A DNA stretch of 63,804 nucleotides, filler included, from Lenisia limosa (lineage: Eukaryota; Protista; Breviatea): NCBI GenBank assembly GCA_001655205.1. It is 6 parts of 6 records of this genome, joined end to end, with 100 filler letters (N's around TTAATTAATTAA, not from the genome) between each part and the next. Parts side by side here need not be neighbours in the genome. Positions count along the whole stretch, not along the records: positions 31,790 to 53,808 come from LPNZ01008244.1; positions 53,909 to 58,165 come from LPNZ01004639.1; positions 58,266 to 60,199 come from LPNZ01001297.1; positions 60,300 to 63,804 come from LPNZ01008916.1; 2 more parts are not named here. One strand, 5' to 3'. Each line of letters begins with the position of its first letter. Within the stretch, counting starts at the first letter, position 1. Shown here piece after piece: positions 53,464-63,804 of the stretch. The notes beneath the pieces are model-generated. The model was not told the origin of the DNA. It worked only from the letters and a program-made list of their open reading frames with translations, and made no database searches. The translations under genes were made by a program, and so were the position numbers.

Positions 53464-53502
53464 AAAACCCCCCCCCCTTTTTCGGGTTAGCTGCTTATGA
53501 TG
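53464..53502 (-). repeat. Right terminal inverted repeat (39 bp)
   Basis: AAAAC10TTTTTCGGGTTAGCTGCTTATGATG is the exact reverse complement of the left TIR. Confidence 0.95.
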
Positions 53503-53508
53503 TTAACC
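53503..53508. repeat. Right target-site duplication TTAACC
   Basis: Matches 36112-36117. Confidence 0.9.
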
Positions 53509-53808
53509 ACATTCAAACAACTGTTACTCATACTACACAACAAGGTAAAATTGAATTACAAGGGTAGCTGTACACATTCATAACAAATACCAAGATGTAT
53601 GAGGTAACTTAAAAGAACGATCATATCCTTGAAAATTCTCGGCGGGTGGGAAAAGGTATTTAGCTATGATTGGAAAACGATGTAGTATATAAGTGGAAGG
53701 ATATGACGGGAAGGGGATATGATGTGCGTTGTGGGGTAAGCTGGGGGAGCATTGGAGGGGGGTAGCACAAATGGATAAGTAGGGAATAATTGGATTGTTG
53801 ATGACATT

Positions 53809-53908
53809 NNNNNNNNNNNNNNNNNNNNNNNNNNNNNNNNNNNNNNNNNNNNTTAATTAATTAANNNNNNNNNNNNNNNNNNNNNNNNNNNNNNNNNNNN
53901 NNNNNNNN
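53809..53908. other. Artificial scaffold linker N44-TTAATTAATTAA-N44; the same 12-mer sits in the gaps at 19722, 31734, 58210 and 60244
   Basis: Identical 12-mer with stops in all frames, embedded in Ns five times. Adjacency across these joins is not proven. Confidence 0.9.
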
Positions 53909-55499
53909 TTCGGGTCTGAATATATTCAATGAAGGGAAAAGATCGTGCTAGATGGCCAAGCTGTTTAAGCCAGGGGTGGAATATCCCTTTGTTTTCTCCT
54001 CTATTAACCCCAGCATATTAAACTAATTACACCTACTATTACGCAAACAGAAACACACCAGAATAGCAGAATCACTTAATACAGGAAAAGGAGAATCTTG
54101 TAAAGCCGGAGCACAAAGTGTCTATCGTTCCACTGGATGATGAACTGTGCACGTTTGATGATTTGGACCTGGAAGTGGTCAAGGGACAAGTTGTCGATGA
54201 CGATGATGAGGTTGGTAGCTACGATTATGGTTGACCACTGATATGAGGAAATCCTCTCTTACCTGTTAGGAACCACGCTTAAATGTCGTCTACCCCTCAG
54301 CTCAGAAGTCTGCATCCCCCCAATCCTCCTTTTCATCCAACCATGTCAATCACCCGTTCACTTCACAACAATCAGTTCCTTCTTTCCCTCAAAACGTTAG
54401 TGCTCTTTTGATTGCCTTCCTTGTATATTATTACTATTCTCCCTCTTCTAATGTTGTAGACCTCCCAGTTTTACCCCACCCCTGCGACCAACTTTGGCTC
54501 GACTTTTCCTCAAAATCCATCGTAGGTGCAACTGATAGATGCCATGATGATATTTATTTTGGGATCCATATCTTGACTCTTTAGATCGCTCAATTCCACA
54601 AAAACACAGTTTTCCTTTTCTCCCAACCGAGGTCGACCCTCCATCAACCCGTTCAGGTGAGGGGGTCATTTGCTGGGATTGAGTGGTAACATGGGTTCCT
54701 TCTGATTGATGGGACGCTGTGTTATTATTTTGTTCATACAACTACAAATATATATGTATGATATATATAATTATATCAATTATATCAATTATATTTATGT
54801 TATGTACTTTAGCCTTATCGTTTTGTCTAGTTCACCGTTTTAGTTTCCCGTCGGAAAACGCCCCCTCAAGCCCTGCTGCCCCCCTTCCATTTGAACAAAG
54901 TATGGCTTTTTTCAACAAACCCTTCTTTTGGGATTGTTATTGCTACCATCTTGGGGGGCTTATCGTTGTTTTTTGTTATCTGGATGCTAGTGGAGGGGGG
55001 CGGAGAACTACTAGGTTTGTTTCTTCACCCATCAAGAATCTTACCCACTCAGATCCCCACCAGTTCCCGCAACACAGCACCCAACATCAGCCTACTTTTT
55101 TTAATAGGTATGTCTTTAAAGCACATCGTACTTATATATTTTGTGGGTGTGTGTGTGTAATCCCATCCCCCCCCTCCCCTACGCGATCCCCTCATCAACT
55201 TTCCCCTCCCCAGTGTTCCTCAGCCAACAGTTAACTTCCCAACCGGCCAGCCACAGTCCCCTTTCAGGTCAGTTCACTTTTCATTTAGAATATTTCAGTT
55301 GGAGAAGGGGGGGGGGGGGGNNNNNNNNNNNNNNNNNNNNNNNNNNNNNNNNNNNNNNNNNNNNNNNNNNNNNNNNNNNNNNNNNNNNNNNNNNNNNNNN
55401 NNNNNNNNNNNNNNNNNNNNNNNNNNNNNNNNNNNNNNNNNNNNNNNNNNNNNNNNNNTGTGCAACTTGCCCTTTTAATGTGCTCTGACCGTTAGGCCG

Positions 55500-58010
55500 C
55501 TGAAAACACGCCCCTCTGTCACAGTTCCCCAATTTTCAACAGGGCTCTCTTCTAATGACCGTGAGTGGCCCAGAACTAATTTATGGGTATATTAGTGGTG
55601 TAATAATTAATCTCCTGTACACTCCCTAATCTTGAAGGATTGACATCATCACCACAACCAGTTGTTCCAACAGTGTTCAAATTTGCACTTTCTTGATGAT
55701 AAAGGTGAATTGGTCATCATAAAGGCTTCGCATAAACTTTCTATTTTCTCACTGAGTGATACTGCCCTACCACAATCATGGAATGGGATATCACCCATCA
55801 CTTGATTTGCCTTTCACCCCAGTTTAGGATGGTATGCACCACTTCCAACCTCTCGGTAGCCTTCGTTTAATGGCGTAAATAGCCTTATGTTCTATTGATA
55901 CAGATCTCTGAAACAAACGCCATTCAAGGCATTTGAAAAGGCAAAAATAGAAGTAGACCACCATATGAACGAAAGAGAGGCTTAATCAAGGAACTTGATA
56001 AAGTCATGGAGACGCTCTCGCACAGCATGAATGCGACCTGCTACTGAGAGACTAAATGGTTAAGCGGAGAAATCGAAATGAGGTAATCCGGTAAAATAGA
56101 ATTTCGACCACACATGTACAGGTTTTGAGCCATTTTTGTATTTCTGAAAACTGACCCGTACCCCCCCCCCCCCCCNNNNNNNNNNNNNNNNNNNNNNNNN
56201 NNNNNNNNNNNNNNNNNNNNNNNNNNNNNNNNNNNNNNACTCTGACTTGTCAAGCCATACGACAGAAGGAGAACGCCTCTTGTTCGGGGGTTTCGCCCAT
56301 ATTGCATCCTAAAAGGGTGAGCTGAGGAACTAGAAAAGAAAGGCTCTTTTCCACAAACATCAAAAAAAGAATAATAATCCAGTCCTACATAAACTCTTTA
56401 AGCGAAACGGTTTGCCCTCGGTTAAGTTCGTCGTATACACTGCCAAATTTTTTGACCCTCTGTGTTTGGTCTGTTTTGACAAGGCGGAGAATGTCTCGGA
56501 TCTGTCTCTGAAAAACAATCAAAAATATGACACATGGCTCAAAACAGTGTATAAAAACAATCTAACAGAGCGTACTGAATGTGCATGTTTGTTCTTCCAT
56601 TTCTCTCAAATCAAACGTCAGCACAAAATACGACCCCCTATCTGACTAATGTATGAACCACTACCGCATAATATCCATACCCCCCCCCCCNNNNNNNNNN
56701 NNNNNNNNNNNNNNNNNNNNNNNNNNNNNNNNNNNNNNNNNNNNNNNNNNNNNNTACCTCCGTTTCAGCCATTCCAGATGCTTCAGCCATTCTCTTATTA
56801 TACTCGGGAAGTGCCTACATTGTTAAATACAACAGACATGGGCCGTTTCATTTCAATAACAACAGCGAATACGATCAGATATGATATGATGTAATATGTA
56901 TCAACATTGACGAACTGTCATGCAGGGAAACTAAACTTGCCAGGTAAATGAAATTTATCAGCGTTTATTGACCTGCTCAAAGGTACAACAGAATGATTCA
57001 ATGGCTTTAAAAATGTAATACATCAATGGGTGGGGCATTTGCGTATCGGTCAAACTTCATCCCACAAACAGCGGGGTAACTCTGTAGAATCGCCTCAATC
57101 GTCTTCTTAAAGGCGATCTATGGGTATGAGTGGTATAATGGACAGCTTCAGCTAAGAACAGCTTCTTTAAAATTGATAGGATAAGAACTGTACGGTAAGA
57201 TAGATGCGCCTTGAAAAATGATTAAAATTAATGATATCAAAAGAACAACAAAGAGATATAACGCTCACATCGACGGTGCTCTCTCCGAGTTGGAAGGGAG
57301 TTCGGCAATTGGGACAACAAACCTACGTAAGTATGAATAGCGATTCAATTAGTTTTAAAAAGACACATCCACACAGCATCCACATTTATGTATTCACCCC
57401 CNNNNNNNNNNNNNNNNNNNNNNNNNNNNNNNNNNNNNNNNNNNNNNNNNNNNNNNNNNNNNNNNNNNNNNNNNNNNNNNNNNNNNNNNNNNNNNNNNNN
57501 NNNNNNNNNNNNNNNNNNNNNNNNNNNNNNNNNNNNNNNNNNATTCACTTGGTCAGCCTTCTTCATAATCAACTGTTATTCCGTAAATCTTTCCCAACGG
57601 TTCCAAACAAAAAACCAACATAATGACAAAGAAAAAATCCGTTTTGTGGATTGGGAACCATTACGGGTACTTTAAAGTTGAAGGACTCAACCCCCCCCCC
57701 CACTCCGAGCAAAAGACGTGTCCGCAGTTCGACAAAACCGAAGGGTACACCATGTACTCCATACAAATTGCACAGGAAATCGCATCTGCAACATCACCAG
57801 GGATGTCCCCTTCAATTGTCGGCTGATTTGTTAGTGGACAGAAGTGGTTTCTGTAAGGTTCCCTTTAAATTTGCTAATCATACCAGTTTTCTGACTAAAA
57901 ATCTGAAACCAATATGTGATAAAAACCTTGCCAACTTGGGGTGGCGGCGGGACATATGTCACCATCTGAGTGGCAGTACGTTGTCTTTTGGCTACAGCTT
58001 CGAGCTCTGA
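55500..58010 (-). CDS. C3HC4 RING-finger protein (putative E3 ligase), multi-exon, boundaries approximate
   Basis: CAICMEYMVYPSVLSNCGHVFCS (~57710-57780) and CCPNCRTPF (~57290-57320) lie in separate exons. Further exon-like segments extend to ~55500. Confidence 0.6.
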
Positions 58011-58265
58011 AAATAATCAGAAATGTAGAAGATTATACTATAGCTAAAAATGACAACTATTAGAAGCTTTTTAAATAATGACCGGACCAAAACTCCGAAT
58101 TGAAGCAACCAACCTTCATCATGATGCCTCTTCAAGGTCACATGATGGGCGGAAAGATTTTCAAGNNNNNNNNNNNNNNNNNNNNNNNNNNNNNNNNNNN
58201 NNNNNNNNNTTAATTAATTAANNNNNNNNNNNNNNNNNNNNNNNNNNNNNNNNNNNNNNNNNNNN

Positions 58266-60199
58266 CAAGCTGTTGAAGGAGAAGAAGGTGAGGATCTCTG
58301 GATCAAGCTGTTGAAGGAGAAGAAGTGAGGAGCTCACGATAACAAATTACAAGAAGACGGGATCCTGAGGGCGACAATTCTGACTTAGGCAAAGAAAGAA
58401 GCATTTTATGAAATCCTATGACAGTAAATTAGATCTGATGGGCTAAATGTAGGGGCAATAAGTCAAATGTAATCGTATTATTTCTTATGTAAGAAGTACG
58501 AGTTTGTGACCATAATCCATGTCTTTGCTGAGTTTGCTTCTGCCCATCTTGAGTGTATCATATAGAGCAGAGTTGATTTAAGTTTGTTTGTTTCATAAAT
58601 TTGCCAAATAATCATTTTGAAAACTGGACGCTTTATATTCCAATATAAAACAACGACTGAACCATCTTAACTCACTGTAACCATTGATAGGACGAGGACT
58701 GGAACATGGGCAACATCACCTTCACCCTCATGAACAGGCGCAAGAACGAGAACACCATCGCTTATGCTGAGGTTTGTTCATTTCTGATCTTCAAATTCCT
58801 CACTTGAAATTGGGTTTTAGTGATAGTGTCATTTCCCTCCCTCTCCCTCTCTCCAATATTGTTATAATCTGAACCCCCTTTTTACGCTTCACCGCTATTC
58901 GTATCATTTTTTCCCTCCTCACCCCCTAGTCCCACGACCAAGCCCTGGTGGGAGATAAGACGATCTCCTTCTGGCTCATGGATGCGGAAATGTACACCAA
59001 TATGTCGCTCCTGGCCCCAGAAACCAGTGTCATTTCTCGCGGAATGGCCCTACATAAAATGATCAGGTAAGGCCTTGTTGGAGCCATTGACTCAGTTTGT
59101 TGTTTAATGTTAGCGTTTTTCATTACTTGAGAAATGGCTCTTACATACTTCATTCACTTTGATTGATCGTATAGATCTTGGTATTAATTTGTACCATTTA
59201 CTGTCTGATTACATTTTTGACCCATAGTTGAGATTAATTACATTTAATGTTCAGATTGATTACATTTGGCCTTGGAGGCGAGGGAATTCTGTGCTTCATG
59301 GGCAACGAGTTCGGCCACCCTGAGTACATTGACTTCCCAAGAGAAGGAAATGGAGAATCGTGGGGGGGCTATGGGGATGGAATGGAATAGTGTGGTACCA
59401 ATAACACAAACTTATCATATAGATACCACATATATACTACACATATTATATACAGCTACATATGATCACAGTATTACTATGTATGTGATGGAATATCAGT
59501 ATATGATCCTCTGCTGAATATTTATGAATACAGGTTCAAGAACGCTTACCGCCAATGGAATCTTCCCAAAGACCACCTTCTCAGGTCAGTTGGCTGAACT
59601 CCTTGAACAAAACAGAATATCCTGGAGTATTGATATATTAACCTTGACTAGAGTCCAAGTTAAATCTTCTTCTCTGTTGATTCCACGGTTTTCGGTTTTT
59701 ACTGCTTAAGATACGGCCAACTCGCGGCCTTTGACAAGGACCTTCAGTATCTGGAGGGGCAGACGGGATGGCTTGCTGCACGCCAGGACTACGTATCTCT
59801 GACCAATGAAGGCGATAAGGTGGAAGGGGAGTAAAATAGGAAAATTTATGAAACAAAAAAGCTCAAATCATGAGGGGGTGATAAATGGTGATAAATAAGA
59901 TGGAGAGAGGGGGATGGTTAAATCAAGAATGGAGAAATACAACTTCGTCGTAATCGTTTCAGATGATCGTGTTTGAGCGCGCATGCAGGGACGGAAAGAG
60001 AATAGTGTTCATCTTCAACTTCCACCCTAACAAGTCCTACGAGAGCTATCCCATCCCGGTGCCCTCACTTGGAGAGTAGGATGGGGAATTGGTATGATTC
60101 AAGATGTAAAGCCATATGAGCAATATGTCTTCTTTTTATGACTTGATCTATGACTCGGAGGGGGGGTGGAGAGACTTGATCTATGACTCGGAGGGGGGG
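58266..60199 (+). CDS. GBE1: 1,4-alpha-glucan (glycogen) branching enzyme, partial between gaps
   Basis: [94 protein letters not shown]. Confidence 0.93.
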
Positions 60200-63100
60200 N
60201 NNNNNNNNNNNNNNNNNNNNNNNNNNNNNNNNNNNNNNNNNNNTTAATTAATTAANNNNNNNNNNNNNNNNNNNNNNNNNNNNNNNNNNNNNNNNNNNNT
60301 TCCAAAGTTAAATTTATTTACTTCATCATTCATCTTTAGAAATCATAATTGGCGTTAAAAAACACCGTTTTGGTAAAAGGAAACACATAGTCATGCGAAT
60401 CCCAAAAGGAGTGAGGCAAAACCCCAAAGGGTAAAATATTAGGTCAAGAACTTCTCGACAAGATCTTACAATTGGACCCTTTTCAAAGCGTACTCCACCG
60501 CCGTCGATGCGCCTTTGAAGCTGACGGGGGTGCCCAGGCTCACCCTGACGCTTCTACTAAGTTTCCCGAGGGTTTGAAGAATGCTACTGGCATCATTATT
60601 CTTGATGACGTTGAGAACCGTCCTGGACAAAATGCCAATCGTCATCCAGATGTTAAGCCCCACAGATGCTTTTTTGTTGAGTTTGGCGGTTGTCCTGAAG
60701 ACCAGAAAGAAGTGCCAAAATATCTTCAAAGGCTTCTTGAACCATCTTCATCTTCAGCTGTGAAACGAAATTGAAGGGTCTTCCAGTTGAGCAAGTCTCG
60801 AAAATACAAAGTTGCAATTGTCTGGCTGTCATGGACCAAGCAATCCTCTATCCCACCCGCATTGACCATACACTGTTTGTCATGTATAGTCTTTATATAA
60901 CTTATAAAACTCCATTGTGATGCAAAGATGGCCGCGGAGCAACCTCCTACTCCCACGCCCCGACTTATCCCTTTCGTTTTTGAGGCGAGGAGACTTGTTT
61001 CTCACACTGAGACGGTTTCCATCCCTTTTCTCAGGCGTCCAGTCATCCCTCTATATCGCCTCCAAAACTACTATCAAATTGGAGGAGCCCAACACGACCT
61101 TGTTGGAAGTAAACCTGGCGCTCCGAGGTCAAGACGGGCAAATTTTCATATTGTTTTGCTTTGTCCATCTGATCTTCCAGTGAGTATCAACTTACCGTTG
61201 GTCCACAAGGAGCCCTATCTTCACCACGCTTACATCCAGTTTGTGTCAAACTATTTTTCAGTAATAATATTCTCTTTGTAGGACACATGAATATCGTGTT
61301 GAGAGATGTTCTACCTCTACGTCGAAAAAAGGGGCTCCAGTTCTCTTCGGACGGCACACCTAATGTGTCAGTGACACTCAGTCGGACCGCCATTGCCGTT
61401 GACCGCAACGAAAAGGCAACACTGGTTATATCTCCTTCAGATGTCTCTGACTCCCCTCTCTCCGTCCTATGGTAAACAACTTCACTGAAGCCGGTTAATC
61501 ATGTTTCCATTCATATAACAAATTTTTTTAAGCGTTCTCCCCTGGGGGGTCCTGCCTCTCTGCAGGCCTACAGCACCACTGATTCTCCAAGACGATGAAT
61601 TCAGCACAAGTCTGATGCGGTTGGTAAAGCAAGCTTAACATCTAAGAAATATTCAGTTTACCCTACCATCATCCACCTGATCGAGCTCGCACTGGACAAG
61701 CAAAGCAGTATGGCTCCCCCGTGAGTCTAAAATGTTACCTTACTTTCAAGGCTGCCGAACAATTCAACAGCCTAATTGGCGGATTTCGCAGGAATGTCCC
61801 CTCGATGAAAGTAGTAGGCTAGCAAAAAATTGTTATCACTGTACTTTGCATTCTGGCCCTTCGTGGTCGAACAGGAAGAAGGACTTCTTGGCCCACCACG
61901 CCCGCGCTGAGAGAGCCGTTGTTGCCCTGGACCTAGCTCAGAAAATCGTTGTGCCCGAATGCGAGCTGCCACGGGTCTACGACAAGACCATGATGTGTGT
62001 AATTGTTGTGGTATACAACGTTTTTCTGACATGAAACAATTAGTCAATTCTTGTCAAATAAGATATGTTATCTTGATTAGGGATGTGTTACTACAACTGA
62101 AGACACTGCCAGACCTCACCTCCTTCTTGCGGCTCAGGAAGCTTGTTCGTCCTGGCTGTCCGTTGTATGAACCTATGTAGCACACTGCTAATGAAGAACA
62201 AAGGAGTACGTCCTCATAAAACGGTTGAAACATCTGCCTCAAGGATCCAGCTCTCAGAGTACTTGCTTCCTGCATGACTTCACAGAAAACACACAGATAC
62301 TTCCGCCACACTAGCTGAGCCCACAATTCGCCAAGATAGCAGTGCCCAGCCGTCCATCGCCTGGAACTCTTGGTAAAGTATCCCGTAAGGGATATGACAG
62401 GAGTTTTGCCGTCCGCTTCCTCACCTACCCATTTCTCTCCGCAGACTGGGACTACTTCGACTACGCCAGTTCCCCAGTCCGTCCCCCAGACCATTACATC
62501 CACAGAAGACCGCGGAAGATAGTGTAAAAAAAGCCTTGACCTCCGTGATGCCAGAGGAGCCAACAAAATGGCGTCAATTCTTTTTTAACGGTTTTACTTT
62601 CGCTCTTCTGCCTGGTTCTAATAATGATGTTCGTCTTTATCGGCTGTCAGCAGTCAGCGCCTGTCGTTCAAAAATGGACTATTTGAAACTTCTCCTCACG
62701 TTCTTCTCGCTTTCAGTTTCTTTTTCCTGGCTTTCCTTTTGGGGATTCAGGAGGGATTGCTGGCGGGCGTTTTATTTTTATTTCCTAAAAAAAAACACAA
62801 CCCTCCAAAAAATAATGACATACTAGCAAATATCCCCCCCAGCATAAGAAGAAAAAAAACAAAGTATGGTAATTTGTTTTTGGTATCCATGTTTAGTGGT
62901 TGTGATAATTTGGGGTATGGGGGATTTGTTTTGTGCNNNNNNNNNNNNNNNNNNNNNNNNNNNNNNNNNNNNNNNNNNNNNNNNNNNCACTCCAAAAAAT
63001 ATATGTACATGTACAGACCGGGATACGTCTTGACCGATTTTCCTTGGGAAATCACATAGCAAATTGATCAAGACTTATCTTGGTCACTGTATACCACGGA

Positions 63101-63200
63101 GTAAGTATTAGAAAAAAGGAAATTGTGTAACAAAAACTACAAACAAAAAAAATCACAGAGCAAACATATCACACCACCCCCCACATTGTCCATGGGATGG

Positions 63201-63315
63201 TATGAAGAATTGGCCTGAATTTGGTTGTTCATCGGAGGGTATGAATAATTGGCCTGAATTTGGTTGTTGGCAGGAGGGTATGAAGAATTGGCCTGAATTT
63301 GGTTGTTGGCAGGAG
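63201..63315 (-). repeat. Three 39-bp tandem units, probably coding (13-aa PANNQIQANSSYP repeat)
   Basis: Units start at 63201, 63240 and 63279. The minus frame is open and ends at a GTGGGG donor. Confidence 0.8.
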
Positions 63316-63804
63316 CCATTTGGGGGTATTGCAATGGTGGAGCTCTCTAAGGGGGAGTAAAACTGGAAAATTTTGACACAAAAAAAAAAGCCCAAGGGGA
63401 GGGGGGGTAAAATATATTTATGAAACAAAAGAATCAACTTTTTTGGCTACCATTTAGGGAAAACAACAAAACACAGTCCAGGCCAGTCGCTTCTGCAGCA
63501 ACACCACATTCCATCACTCCATATTAGAGAGGTCTCCTACTGTTCCAAAAAAAGATTTTTTTTAAAAAAAAACCCCGAATACAATGAAAAAAATCATAAT
63601 ACAAGGAATGTCAGCTCTATAATACTATATCTTATATTGCAATATTGAATATATTATTTGATGTGATATTATTATTACAGCTGTGGAGAATATTCGTAAT
63701 AAATAATCAACCTTGTTAGCGTAGGGCTGGGTCTGAGTGTTACGTGCCAAATCACTTGTCACCTTCATAGCCAAAGCCGACTAAAAAAAAAAAGGGGGGG
63801 GGGG

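Larger units (their letters stand above)
36118..53502. mobile_element. Endogenous Polinton-like (Maverick-type) dsDNA virus, 17,385 bp, apparently complete
   Basis: Perfect 39-bp TIRs and a perfect TTAACC TSD. 12 densely packed intronless ORFs include integrase, PolB-helicase, ATPase-protease, MCP, penton and fibre. No scaffold linker lies inside; there is one 30-N gap. Confidence 0.95.

Noticed and set aside
36118-53502. Element as a contaminating phage or bacterial contig
   Set aside because: The TSD joins it to host-like flanks without a linker, and the gene set is eukaryotic-virus type. The caveat is that the right flank runs only ~300 bp before a linker.
58266-58325. Duplicated CAAGCTGTTGAAGGAGAAGAAG, and a similar duplication at ~60140-60199
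   Set aside because: At gap edges within GBE1; probable assembly artefacts.
19722-60255. Five TTAATTAATTAA motifs inside N-runs
   Set aside because: Identical artificial scaffold linkers, not biological sites.

Overview
Scaffolded genomic DNA of an intron-rich microbial eukaryote, probably anaerobic because it carries PFOR; the host cannot be named from this sequence. Recognisable host genes are PFOR (3' part), a GATA zinc-finger protein, a secreted BNR/Asp-box sialidase, phosphoglucomutase, Notchless/Rsa4, a CLN3-like membrane protein, a pogo/DDE_1 transposase-like gene, a RING protein and glycogen branching enzyme. Small hairpin MITEs, many N-gaps and five artificial TTAATTAATTAA linkers are also present. 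The main feature is an apparently complete, intronless, AT-rich 17,385-bp endogenous Polinton-like (Maverick-type) DNA virus at 36118-53502. It has perfect 39-bp terminal inverted repeats starting CATCAT and a perfect 6-bp target-site duplication (TTAACC). It encodes a retroviral-type integrase, a 1386-aa OTU-like/PolB/SF1-helicase/GIY-YIG replication protein, a packaging ATPase fused to an adenain-type protease, major and minor capsid proteins, a fibre with a C1q-like head, candidate protease-matured core or membrane-lytic proteins, and intergenic A(n)TAT(n) palindromes. All domain calls come from motif recognition by eye, no database searches were run, and host gene boundaries are approximate.
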